From Aestuariivirgaceae bacterium (GTDB lineage: Bacteria; Pseudomonadota; Alphaproteobacteria; Rhizobiales; Aestuariivirgaceae): DNA of 64,000 nucleotides. A model generated the notes under the pieces. The model worked only from the letters and a program-made list of their open reading frames with translations. It had not been told where the DNA came from and made no database searches. Below, piece by piece: positions 9,830-18,704 of the stretch. Position 1 is the stretch's first letter; each line of letters begins with the position of its first letter. Both the position numbers and the translations under genes were made by a program. The stretch is taken from assembly GCA_036265615.1 (NCBI GenBank), contig DATAOT010000122.1:10526-74525 (forward strand), read 5' to 3'.

Positions 9830-12260
9830 GCCCCGCCGGGTCGTAGAGCGGCTGCTGATGCAATGCGGCCGGGACGACGTCATTGGCAACGACCAGCGCG
9901 TAGCGCCCGGAATTCAGCCAGTCGTCGCTCACCCCTTGCAAGTTGCGGACGTAGCCCAGGCCGATGGGGCTCCCAACAGTGTAGCCATAGCCACCGCTCG
10001 TCAGATAACCGACGAATTCGCCGTCTCGAAGGATCGTCTCGCGGCCGCTGAGCACCACATCGGAATCCTCGGTGGTGAAGCCGCAGAGCCGTTTGCGCAG
10101 CGGCTTGCCGGCAGCCACTTCCAGAGCCTCGCGACCGATGAAGGGCCGGTCCCGCCCGAGCTTGACAAAGGTGCCGAGGCCGGCTTCGAAGGGCGTATCA
10201 TTGGCCGTGATGTCGCTGCCCCAGGCGCGGTAGAACTTTTCGAGCCTGAGCGACTCGATGGCGCGATAGCCGGCGAGCTTGAGCCCGTGGGCGCTTCCTG
10301 CGGCCATGATGGCGTCGAACAGCTCGGCTGCGGCGCCGGTCGGCACGTGCAGTTCATAGCCGAGCTCGCCGACATAGGTGACGCGGAGCAGCCTGACCGG
10401 GATGGCGGCGACGGCGATCGTCGCGGCATGACCGAACGGAAAGGCTTGGTTCGACAAATCGGCGTCAGTCAAGGAAGCCAGCACTGCACGAGAGCGCGGG
10501 CCCATCAGCGACAGCGTGGCATAGGCTTCGGTGATGTCGGTCAGCGCGACATCGGCGCCCTTCGGGAGGTGGTCGCGGATCCAGCCGAAATCGTGGGTGC
10601 GGAAGCCGGTCCCCGTGACGATGTAGTAGCGATCCTCGGCAAGGCGGGCGACGGTGATATCGGCCTCGATGCCGCCGCGGCGGTTGAGCAGCTGGGTATA
10701 GGTGATGCGCCCGGGCGGGTGGGTCACATCGTTGGCCGAGACAAGCGACAGGCTTGCGCCGGCATCAGGGCCGGTCAGCTCGAATTTGGCAAAGGAGCTC
10801 TGGTCGAACAAGCCGACTGCTCCGCGCACTGCGCGGTGCTCCTCGCCGACCGCGGCGAACCAGTTCTGGCGGCCCATGGAGGGCAGGTCATGCGCTTGCG
10901 AGCCGTTTGCGGCGAACCAGTTGGCGCGCTCCCAGCCGAGCTTCGAGCCGAAGCAGGCATGGCGGGCCCTGAGACGGCCATAGAGCGGCGAGATCAGGCG
11001 CGGCCGCCCTGACTCGTACTCCTCATGCGGATAAGCGATCGCATAATGGCGGCCATAGGCCTCCAGGGTCCGGTCGCGGACGAAGGGCTGGTCGCGGTGA
11101 ATGGCCGCGAAGCGGCGGATGTCGACGACCCAGAGGTCGAGCGGCGCCTCGCCTTCAACGACCCATCGGGCGAGGGCCCAGCCGGCGCCGCCGGCACTGG
11201 CTATGCCGAAAGCGTTGAAGCCGGCGCCGACGTAGAAATTTTCGAGTTCCGGGGCGCGCCCGAGGATGAAATTGCCATCCGGCGTGAAGCTTTCGGGCCC
11301 GTGGATCATCCGTTTGACGCCGGTGGTCTCGAGCGCCGGCACCCGAGCCAGCGCCTGAATCATGTGCTGCTCGAAGTGCTGCCAGTCGTCCGCGAACAGC
11401 TGGAAGGCGAAGTCAGCCGGCGCCGGATCGACCGCCCAGGGCCGCGGATCGGGCTCATAGCCGCCCATGACGAGCCCGCCGACTTCCTCCTTGAAGTATG
11501 TGCGTCGGTCGGGATCGCGAACGGTGGCGATGTCGCGGGCGAGGCCGGGAATCGGCTCGGTGATCAGATATTGGTGCATGACTGCCTGGAGCGGCACGCT
11601 GACGCCGGCCAACGCGCCGACATCGCGGGCCCACAGCCCGGCACAGTTCACCACCTTGTCGCAGGCGATAGTGCCGCGGCCGGTGCGGATGGCCTTGATC
11701 CGGCCAGCGGCGATGTCGAAGCCTTCGACCCGCACCCCCTCATGGAACACCGCGCCGTGCCCCCGCGCGCCCTTGGCGAGGGCCTGAGCAATATCCGACG
11801 GGCTCGCCTGGCCGTCGCTCGGCAGGAAGCTTGCGCCGATCAGATCGTCGACCGTCATCAGCGGCCACATGGCCTTCACCTCGGCGGGCGACAGCAGCTG
11901 CATCTCCATGCCGAAGCTTCGCGCCGTGGTCGCCAGGCGCTTGAACTCGGTCCAGCGGTCGGCATTGCAGGCAAGCCTCAGGCAGCCGGTCATCTTCCAG
12001 CCGGTGGCAAGCCCGGTCTCTGCCTCGAGGCGGCTGTAGAGCTCGACGGAATATTTCAGGAGCTGGGTGATCGAGGCCGACGACCTCAGCTGGCCGACAA
12101 GGCCGGCCGCATGCCAGGTCGAGCCGGAGGTGAGCTGGTTCTGTTCCAGCACGACGACATCGGCGCGGTGATCGCGGGCGAGGTGATAGGCGGTGGAGCA
12201 GCCGATGATGCCGCCGCCGATCACCACGATCTCGGCATGGCTGGGCAGGGACCCGGTCAT
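9786..12260 (-). CDS. FAD-dependent oxidoreductase fused to GcvT-like folate-binding domain (dimethylglycine/sarcosine dehydrogenase-like)
   Basis: N-terminal VVIGGGIIGCSTAYHL and STWHAAGL (the covalent-flavin His context of the DMGDH/SarDH family). The C-terminal ~400 aa is aminomethyltransferase-like (FAKFELTGPDA..., YVGELGYELH). Confidence 0.85.
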   Translation of the reverse strand: MTGSLPSHAEIVVIGGGIIGCSTAYHLARDHRADVVVLEQNQLTSGSTWHAAGLVGQLRSSASITQLLKYSVELYSRLEAETGLATGWKMTGCLRLACNADRWTEFKRLATTARSFGMEMQLLSPAEVKAMWPLMTVDDLIGASFLPSDGQASPSDIAQALAKGARGHGAVFHEGVRVEGFDIAAGRIKAIRTGRGTIACDKVVNCAGLWARDVGALAGVSVPLQAVMHQYLITEPIPGLARDIATVRDPDRRTYFKEEVGGLVMGGYEPDPRPWAVDPAPADFAFQLFADDWQHFEQHMIQALARVPALETTGVKRMIHGPESFTPDGNFILGRAPELENFYVGAGFNAFGIASAGGAGWALARWVVEGEAPLDLWVVDIRRFAAIHRDQPFVRDRTLEAYGRHYAIAYPHEEYESGRPRLISPLYGRLRARHACFGSKLGWERANWFAANGSQAHDLPSMGRQNWFAAVGEEHRAVRGAVGLFDQSSFAKFELTGPDAGASLSLVSANDVTHPPGRITYTQLLNRRGGIEADITVARLAEDRYYIVTGTGFRTHDFGWIRDHLPKGADVALTDITEAYATLSLMGPRSRAVLASLTDADLSNQAFPFGHAATIAVAAIPVRLLRVTYVGELGYELHVPTGAAAELFDAIMAAGSAHGLKLAGYRAIESLRLEKFYRAWGSDITANDTPFEAGLGTFVKLGRDRPFIGREALEVAAGKPLRKRLCGFTTEDSDVVLSGRETILRDGEFVGYLTSGGYGYTVGSPIGLGYVRNLQGVSDDWLNSGRYALVVANDVVPAALHQQPLYDPAGLRVRDAPGSNSRST

Positions 12261-13141
12261 GACGGGCTCCGGTCGAAGGCGGCGATGAGACGGTCGAAAC
12301 GGCCGACGAACTCGTCGCCATGGGCAATATAGTCGACGCCCGGACTGTCAAGATAGAGCTCGGAAACCATGGCCCACATCGCCTCGCGCAGGGCCGAAGC
12401 GGCCTTCATCGCCTCGAAGCTGCGCCGGAGTGCTGCACCCGGTTCGCCGTCGAAATAGGCAGCGAGCAGCGCCTCCTCCTCGGCGCGGCCGAAGCTTGCA
12501 TTGGCGGCGATGTTGGCGAGGTCGAACATCGCCGTTCCGAAGGCGCCATATTCCCAATCGATGAGCCACAGCCGCGTGCCGTCATCAAGGAAGTTGGTGG
12601 GCAGGAGATCGTGATGGCCAAAGACGATCGGCAGCGGCGCCTGCGCCGCCTCGAGCCGTTCGGCCGCGCGCAGCCAACCCGGGATCATCGGCCGATTGCG
12701 GTGGCCGGCCCGGGTGAGCGTCGCGGCGTAGTCGCGCAGCACATGGAAGACCCAGAAGATCTGGGCCGGCCCCAGGACATGGCGGGCCAGCTCGCGATGG
12801 CAGCGCCTGAGCAGGGCGGCACAGGCTTCGACATTGCCCCGGACATCGGCTTCGCCAAAGGTGCGCCCATCGATGAATTCGAGCACCAGGACGCCCGGTT
12901 CGTCATGGATGACGCGGGGCGACAGTCCGGCGGCATGGGCGGCGCGGCTGGTCAAGGCTTCTCGCTCTCGCGAAACATGATGGAACGGGAAATCGTCACC
13001 CAGCCGGGCGACGGCCTTCCTGCCGCCCTCATCCGTGACGCGGAAGCTCACATTGCTGAGGCCGCCTTTCAGCGGCTCCAGGGTGATCGGGCCATGCCAG
13101 CAGGGCAACGCTCGGATGCGCCTTTCGGCAGTGTCGCTCAA
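12257..13141 (-). CDS. Choline/ethanolamine kinase-like phosphotransferase (APH fold)
   Basis: Brenner-type HHDLLPTNFL and choline-kinase-type LIDWEYG motifs. Start set at TTG 13141, 6 nt after AGGAGG. Its stop overlaps the downstream flavoenzyme start (12257-12260). Confidence 0.7.
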   Translation of the reverse strand: MSDTAERRIRALPCWHGPITLEPLKGGLSNVSFRVTDEGGRKAVARLGDDFPFHHVSREREALTSRAAHAAGLSPRVIHDEPGVLVLEFIDGRTFGEADVRGNVEACAALLRRCHRELARHVLGPAQIFWVFHVLRDYAATLTRAGHRNRPMIPGWLRAAERLEAAQAPLPIVFGHHDLLPTNFLDDGTRLWLIDWEYGAFGTAMFDLANIAANASFGRAEEEALLAAYFDGEPGAALRRSFEAMKAASALREAMWAMVSELYLDSPGVDYIAHGDEFVGRFDRLIAAFDRSPS

Positions 13142-13186
13142 GCGAACCCTCCTGGCAGATGTGCATCGGTTGGCGCTAGACAATAA

Positions 13187-13215
13187 GCAATAGCCGACCG
13201 GCATTAGGCAATAGC
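13187..13215. promoter_or_regulatory. Direct repeat GCAATAGC x2, 21-bp spacing, in divergent promoter region
   Basis: GCAATAGC occurs at 13187-13194 and 13208-13215 (flanks aaGCAATAGCc / agGCAATAGCt). It lies between the kinase-like gene (-) and the first enolase-superfamily gene (+). Confidence 0.3.
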
Positions 13216-13245
13216 TCGAGAACGGCAGGACGCTTGGAGACAGCC

Positions 13246-14424
13246 ATGAAGATAGATGCAATCGATGCCTTCTACCTGTCGATGCCGAAGATCACCGCGG
13301 AAGCCGATGGCAGCCAGGACGCGCTGGTGATGCGGGTCCGCTGCGGCCGGCACACCGGATGGGGAGAGTGCGAGGCATCCCCTCTCCCCTCGATTGCCGC
13401 CCTGGTCGCGCCGATGTCGCATGGCGCCTGCCGCGGCGTCGGCCAGGTGGTGCTCGGCGAAAGGCTCGAAGACCCGGCCGATATTCCGAGAATCGCCGGC
13501 CGCGTGCGGTATGAATGCATGGATCTGCTGCAGGCACCCCATGCATTCTCCGGGATCGAGGCGGCGCTCTGGGATGTCCTCGGCAAGGCCCGAAGCGAGC
13601 CGGTCTGGCGGCTTCTCGGCTTTCAGCAATCCTTCGGAAAATCGCCTTATGCCTCGCAGCTCTTCGGCGACACCCCGCAGGACACGCTGGAGCGCGGGCA
13701 AGCTGCCGCGGCTGCCGGCTACCGCGCCATGAAGTTCGGCTGGGGGCCGTTCGGCAAGGGCGAGCTCGGCGCCGATGTCGATCAGCTGATGGCGGCGCGG
13801 GAGGGGATCGGACCGGATGCGACACTGCTCGTCGATGCCGGGCAGATCTTCGGGGAGGATGTGGCGGCGGCGGCTCGCCGGCTGCCGGCGCTCGAGGAGG
13901 CGGGGGCGCTGTGGCTCGAGGAGCCCTTCGCGGGTCATGCGCTCGCCGCCCATGCCTCGCTCGCCGCCGTCTCGCCAAAGGTCGGCCTGGCCGGCGGCGA
14001 AGCGGCCCATAACGAGCTGATGGCGCGCAATCTCATCGACTTCGGCCAGGTCCGCTTCGTGCAGATCGATTGCGGACGCATCGGCGGCATCGGCCCGGCA
14101 CACGCGGTGGCATCGCATGCCGTCAAAAAGGGCATAAGCTATGTCAACCACACCTACACGTCGCATCTGGCGCTCAGCCAGTCGCTGCAACCCTATGCCG
14201 GCCTGGCGAGCCATGGCCTCGCGGAATATCCGGTAACCCTGAAGCCGCTCGCACACGAGTTGACCGTCCAGCATCTCGATCGCGACAGCCATGGCGAGAT
14301 CCGGGCGCCGGATGCCGTCGGCCTCGGCATCGATGTCGATTTGAAGGCCGTCGGCAGATATCTCGTCGAGACCGAGATCGCGGTCAAAGGACGGGTGGTC
14401 TACCGCACGCCCGCTCTCGACTGA
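13246..14424 (+). CDS. Enolase superfamily protein (mandelate racemase/muconate lactonizing enzyme family)
   Basis: ATG 13246 follows GGAGA. Capping-domain N-terminus, then barrel motifs AMKFGWG, LLVDAGQ, LWLEEP, LAGGE, VQIDCGRIGG, NHTYTSH. Confidence 0.8.
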   Translation: MKIDAIDAFYLSMPKITAEADGSQDALVMRVRCGRHTGWGECEASPLPSIAALVAPMSHGACRGVGQVVLGERLEDPADIPRIAGRVRYECMDLLQAPHAFSGIEAALWDVLGKARSEPVWRLLGFQQSFGKSPYASQLFGDTPQDTLERGQAAAAAGYRAMKFGWGPFGKGELGADVDQLMAAREGIGPDATLLVDAGQIFGEDVAAAARRLPALEEAGALWLEEPFAGHALAAHASLAAVSPKVGLAGGEAAHNELMARNLIDFGQVRFVQIDCGRIGGIGPAHAVASHAVKKGISYVNHTYTSHLALSQSLQPYAGLASHGLAEYPVTLKPLAHELTVQHLDRDSHGEIRAPDAVGLGIDVDLKAVGRYLVETEIAVKGRVVYRTPALD

Positions 14425-14478
14425 AGCCGGCAAAAGTATAGAGTCCCGCTCGATAACAAAAACCCAAGGGAGGGAAAC

Positions 14479-15312
14479 ATGAAGTTTGCCACATTGATCC
14501 GCAGCGCCGTGCTCGCCGCGGTGATGCTCGGCGCCGGAACGGCACTGGCCGGCTCCGAGGTGCCTGCCCCCGGTCAAAGCCCCAAGATCGATGCCATCAA
14601 GCAGCGCGGCGTGCTCAAGGTGGCGGCGATCGGCGAGTTTCCCTGGCTGCCGGAAAACACGAGCGGCAGCGGCCCGCAATTTTCCGGCCCCGCCTGGGTG
14701 CTGGCCGAGGAATATGCCAAGCGGCTCGGGGTGAAGCTCGAAGTTGTGCCGGTCAGCCACGAGACGAAGGTGCCGATTCTCGCGACCGGCGAAGCCGACA
14801 TCTCGATTGCGCCGCTCTCGGTGACCCCGAAGCGCCAGGAAGTGGCGAATTTCGTGGTCTATTCGCATTCGAGCCTCTGCATGTTCGGGCTCGCCGACAA
14901 TCCCAAGCTCAAGGATGCGAAGACCGTCGACGACCTCAACCGCGAAGACATCACCATCGCCTATTTCACCGGCACGCCGCCCGAAACCTGGGCACCGACC
15001 CGCTTTCCCAAGGCGAAGCTCAAAGGCGTGACTGGGTCCGGGGCCAATGCGCCGATCGAGGAGATCATGGCCAAGCGGGCCGACATCGCCAGCATCGACA
15101 ATGTCGCCTGGCCGCAGCTTCAGAAGCAGGTGCCCGGGCTCAAATCATTCCCGCCCGGCGACGAATGCCTGCAGAGCAAGGAGATGGCAACGGAAGTCGG
15201 GCTGGCGGTCGACAAGAAGGACACCGTCTTCCATGACTGGCTACAGTCGGTCTATGAGGAGATCAAGGACAAGGTCACGGCCGAGGAGATGCGGCTGCTG
15301 AAGGGGCAGTAG
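14479..15312 (+). CDS. Polar amino acid ABC transporter substrate-binding protein (family 3)
   Basis: GGAGGGAAAC precedes the ATG. Signal peptide (AAVMLGAGTALAGS), about 275 aa, type-3 SBP layout (GVLKVAAIGEFPW...). Confidence 0.8.
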   Translation: MKFATLIRSAVLAAVMLGAGTALAGSEVPAPGQSPKIDAIKQRGVLKVAAIGEFPWLPENTSGSGPQFSGPAWVLAEEYAKRLGVKLEVVPVSHETKVPILATGEADISIAPLSVTPKRQEVANFVVYSHSSLCMFGLADNPKLKDAKTVDDLNREDITIAYFTGTPPETWAPTRFPKAKLKGVTGSGANAPIEEIMAKRADIASIDNVAWPQLQKQVPGLKSFPPGDECLQSKEMATEVGLAVDKKDTVFHDWLQSVYEEIKDKVTAEEMRLLKGQ

Positions 15313-15362
15313 CTGGCGCCCAAGGTGCTTCAGCCCCCCACCCGGCTCGCTTCGCTCGCCTG

Positions 15363-15422
15363 CCCTCCCCACGAGGGGGAGGGTGAAGGGCGAACTCTCC
15401 CCTCCCCCGACGTGGGGAGGGG
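15363..15422. repeat. REP-like intercistronic element: two tandem G/C-rich hairpins
   Basis: Hairpin 1: CCCTCCCC / GGGGAGGG arms within 15363-15383. Hairpin 2: CCCCTCCCC (15399-15407) / GGGGAGGGG (15414-22). Lies between the SBP and first permease gene. Confidence 0.6.
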
Positions 15423-15428
15423 TCGGGG

Positions 15429-16133
15429 GTGGGGGGATCCGTCCCCTCCGCTCTCTGCCGCACTGCCTTGAACATCACCCTCAAGCCGATCATCGACAGC
15501 TGGCCGTTCCTGCTCAAGGCGCTGTGGGTTACCGTGTCGCTCAGCGTTGCCTCGATGCTGCTCGGGCTTGTCATCGGCATCGTCGTCGGGACGCTCAGGA
15601 CCTATGGCGGACGGCTCGTCAACGCGGTGCTCGGCTTCTATGTCGACACCATGCGATCGATCCCTCTGCTCGTCGTTCTGGTGTGGACCTTCTTCGCGTT
15701 TCCGCTGGTGGTCGGGCGCTCGCTCGATGCGATGACAGCCGGCATCATCGGCCTCGGCGTCCATCTCGGCGCTTATGTCGCCGAGACGATCCGGGCCGGT
15801 CTCACCTCGGTCCGGCGCAACCAGATGCAGGCGGGGCTTGCGCTCGGCATGAGCCGGCTGCAGGCGATCCGCACCATCGTGCTGCCGCAGGCGCTGATCC
15901 GCATGATGCCGGCGCTCGGCTCGCTGTTCGTCATCGCCATCAAGGACAGCGCCATCGCCTCGGTCATCGCGGTGCCGGAGCTCCTGCGTCAAACCCAGAT
16001 CGTCGCCGGCAAGACCTACCGCCCGTTCGAGCTCTATACGGCAGCGATGATCGTCTATTTCCTGCTGTGCTATCCGGTGGCACGGCTGGTCGACCGGGTT
16101 TATCGGCGGCTTCAGCATCTCGGCTCGTCATGA
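15429..16133 (+). CDS. Amino acid ABC transporter permease (His/Glu/Gln/Arg/opine family)
   Basis: Typical polar-amino-acid permease sequence ([15 protein letters not shown]..., EAA-like region [19 protein letters not shown]). Start is either GTG 15429 or TTG 15468. Confidence 0.85.
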   Translation: MGGSVPSALCRTALNITLKPIIDSWPFLLKALWVTVSLSVASMLLGLVIGIVVGTLRTYGGRLVNAVLGFYVDTMRSIPLLVVLVWTFFAFPLVVGRSLDAMTAGIIGLGVHLGAYVAETIRAGLTSVRRNQMQAGLALGMSRLQAIRTIVLPQALIRMMPALGSLFVIAIKDSAIASVIAVPELLRQTQIVAGKTYRPFELYTAAMIVYFLLCYPVARLVDRVYRRLQHLGSS

Positions 16134-16789
16134 CCTTCGACTGGACCGTGGTGTGGGACAACCTTCCGCGTCTGCTGGAAGGCGCCTGGATGACCATTTG
16201 GCTCACCGTGGTGACAATGGCGCTGGCGCTGCCTGGCGGGCTTGTCCTGGCGCTGCTCCGCCTGTCGCCGCTCTGGCTCGTGAGCGCGCCCGCGACGGCA
16301 TTCGTCGAGTTCTTCCGGGCGACGCCGCTGATCCTGCAGATCTACTGGGCCTATTACGTCCTGCCGGCCTATTTCGACGTCCAGCTGTCGCAGCTCAGCA
16401 CCGCCATCGTCGGGCTCAGCTGCAACATATCGGCCTTCAACTCCGAGACCTTTCGTGCCGGCATCGTGTCGATCCGCGAGGGCCAATGGAATGCCGGGCT
16501 TGCACTCGGCATGAGCCGAACCGAGGTGTTCATCATGATCATCCTGCCGCAGGCGGTGATGCGTGTGCTGCCGGCGCTCGCCTCGACATGGGTGTCGCTC
16601 TTCAAGGACACCTCGCTCGTGTCGATCATCTCGGTCGCCGACCTGTCCTACATGGCGCTCAAGGTGCGCTCGGAGACCTACCGCATTCTCGAGGTGCTGA
16701 CCGCCATGGCGGTGCTCTATTGGCTGATGGGCTATCCGCAGGCCAAGATCGTCGACTGGATCCATCGCCGCTGGAAGGTGGTCGAATGA
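16130..16789 (+). CDS. Amino acid ABC transporter permease
   Basis: ATG 16130 overlaps the upstream stop (ATGA). [26 protein letters not shown]... and [19 protein letters not shown]. The track ORF 15383.. is an upstream shadow extension. Confidence 0.85.
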   Translation: MTFDWTVVWDNLPRLLEGAWMTIWLTVVTMALALPGGLVLALLRLSPLWLVSAPATAFVEFFRATPLILQIYWAYYVLPAYFDVQLSQLSTAIVGLSCNISAFNSETFRAGIVSIREGQWNAGLALGMSRTEVFIMIILPQAVMRVLPALASTWVSLFKDTSLVSIISVADLSYMALKVRSETYRILEVLTAMAVLYWLMGYPQAKIVDWIHRRWKVVE

Positions 16790-17559
16790 CGGGTGAGCCG
16801 ATCCTCGCCTTCGAGTCGGTTTCGAAACATTACGGCACGATCGTCGCGCTCGACCGGGTGTCGCTCGCCATCAACCGCGGCGAGGTCGTGTGCCTCATCG
16901 GTCCGTCCGGCTCCGGGAAGTCGACGCTGCTGCGCTGCGCCAATGCGCTCGAAAGCCTCGATCACGGGCGGGTGCTGTTCGAGGGCCGGCCGGTCCTGGC
17001 GTCGCAGCCGCGGGCGGCCCAGAAAGTGCGGCGCCGCATGGGCATGGTGTTCCAGAATTTCGAGTTGTTCCCGCATCTGACCGTCACCCGCAACATCACC
17101 ATCGGACCAAGCACCGTGCTCAGGCTCGTGCGTCCTGCGGCGGAAGAACGAGCGCGACGGCTGCTTGCCAAGGTCGGGTTGAGCGACAAGGCCGACGTCC
17201 ATCCGGCGGCGCTGTCGGGGGGCCAGCAGCAGCGGGTGGCGATCGCCAGGGCATTGGCCATGGAGCCGGCGCTGATGCTCTTCGACGAGCCGACATCGGC
17301 GCTCGATCCCGAGACGATCGGAGAGGTCCTGAGCGTCATGAAGGCGCTCGCGGATGAGGGAATGACCATGCTGGTGGTGACCCATGAGATGGACTTCGCA
17401 CGGCGGGTGGCCGACAGGGTGATCGTGTTCGATCGCGGCCGGGTGATCGAGGAGGGGCCGCCACGCCAGATCTTCGAAGCGGCGAAGGTGGCGCGGACAC
17501 GCGATTTTCTCAGTCACCTCGGCTGGCACGGCGAATCGGCTCTCAGCAGCAGCAAGTGA
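16786..17559 (+). CDS. Amino acid ABC transporter ATP-binding protein
   Basis: ATGA overlap with the permease. Walker [10 protein letters not shown], signature [15 protein letters not shown], Walker [13 protein letters not shown]. Confidence 0.9.
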   Translation: MTGEPILAFESVSKHYGTIVALDRVSLAINRGEVVCLIGPSGSGKSTLLRCANALESLDHGRVLFEGRPVLASQPRAAQKVRRRMGMVFQNFELFPHLTVTRNITIGPSTVLRLVRPAAEERARRLLAKVGLSDKADVHPAALSGGQQQRVAIARALAMEPALMLFDEPTSALDPETIGEVLSVMKALADEGMTMLVVTHEMDFARRVADRVIVFDRGRVIEEGPPRQIFEAAKVARTRDFLSHLGWHGESALSSSK

Positions 17560-18692
17560 TGGATCAGGCAATGCAGCACCACATCGTCGATCGTGCCGAA
17601 GTGTTCCTCGTCGGGCCGGATGTCGAACGCTACACCTGGGCGGAGGGGATGAGCGATCAGTACATGGTCAACATCATCCTCAGGCTGACGGCCAAGAGCG
17701 GCCTGCAAGGGATTGCCGGCGCCGCCATGATCACCCCGCATGGCTTCGACCGCTCGGTCGGCGAGGCGCTCAGGGCGGTGCTCCCCGACATCATCGGCAC
17801 CTCGCCGGCGCATCGCGAGGCGCTGTGGCATCGCTTACGCAATCTCGGGACACCGATGGTGCCGCAGGCCCATTCGCTGATCGACATCGCGCTGTGGGAC
17901 ATGGCAGCGCGCCATGCCGCCCTACCGCTCTATCAGCTGCTCGGCGGCGCCCGCGACCAGATCCTGTCCTACGCCTCGACGCCGCTGCTTGCCGACGACC
18001 GGGCTTACATCGACTATGTCGAGGCACGGGCCCAGGAGGGCTTCAAGGCCGTCAAGTTCCACTGCTGGTGCGTGCCGCGGCGCGACCTTCAGATGTGCGA
18101 GGCGGTCCATCGGCAGTTTGCCGGGCGCGACATGGCGCTGATGCTCGATGCCGAGCAGCGCTACGATCTCGGCGGCGCGATCATGGTGGCACGGCGGCTC
18201 GGCGAGATGGGTTTCCGCTGGTTCGAGGCGCCGCTCCCCGATACCGACATCGAAGGCTACCGCACCATCCGGCAGTCAAGCACCGTACCAGTGATTGCTG
18301 CCGGCAACACCTGGCTTGACCTCCAAATGCTGTTGCAGGCGCTCGAGCGCGGCGCCTGGAGCGCGCTGCGCGTCGATGCCACCATCTGCGGCGGCATCAC
18401 ACCAATCCGCAAGGTGATGGCGCTGGCGGAAGCCTTCGGCATGACGGTCGAAATCCAATGCTGGGGTTACACGCTGACGCAGGCGGCCAACCTCCATGTG
18501 ATGCTCGCCCATCGCAACTGCGATTATTTCGAGCAGCCGGTGCCCTACCCTGCCTTCGAGTTTGGTGCGAAAAACGCAATCCGCACCGACGGGCAAGGCT
18601 TTGTGCATGCGCCGCCGGGCCCGGGACTCGGCATCGATCTCGACTGGCCGGCGATCGAAAGCGCGGCCATCATGAAGTACGAGGTCCGTTGA
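17556..18692 (+). CDS. Enolase superfamily protein (MR/MLE family), divergent second copy
   Basis: Start overlaps the ATPase stop. Barrel motifs [31 protein letters not shown]. About 378 aa. Confidence 0.8.
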   Translation: MMDQAMQHHIVDRAEVFLVGPDVERYTWAEGMSDQYMVNIILRLTAKSGLQGIAGAAMITPHGFDRSVGEALRAVLPDIIGTSPAHREALWHRLRNLGTPMVPQAHSLIDIALWDMAARHAALPLYQLLGGARDQILSYASTPLLADDRAYIDYVEARAQEGFKAVKFHCWCVPRRDLQMCEAVHRQFAGRDMALMLDAEQRYDLGGAIMVARRLGEMGFRWFEAPLPDTDIEGYRTIRQSSTVPVIAAGNTWLDLQMLLQALERGAWSALRVDATICGGITPIRKVMALAEAFGMTVEIQCWGYTLTQAANLHVMLAHRNCDYFEQPVPYPAFEFGAKNAIRTDGQGFVHAPPGPGLGIDLDWPAIESAAIMKYEVR

Positions 18693-18704
18693 AGGAGGGA
18701 TGCG

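Noticed and set aside
13204-14868. 554-aa minus-strand ORF antisense to the first enolase gene. Similar long antisense or out-of-frame ORFs occur at 27755-29581, 42233-44419, 39484-40680, 49386-50384, 48263-49594, 23632-25146 and 18276-19349.
   Set aside because: Same reasoning as above: biased Arg/Gly/Pro/Asp composition, no family motifs, and each lies fully opposite a well-supported gene.
15383-17559. Track ORFs that would give 468-aa products (15383-16789 and 16153-17559). Similar N-terminal extensions occur at 26052-28139, 43130-44944, 44266-45735, 54832-56124, 56709-57851 and 58551-60053.
   Set aside because: Only the C-terminal parts match protein families. The upstream parts run through the preceding gene in another frame. 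Internal starts with SD sequences or ATGA/GTGA coupling give normal-length proteins, so the ORFs were trimmed.
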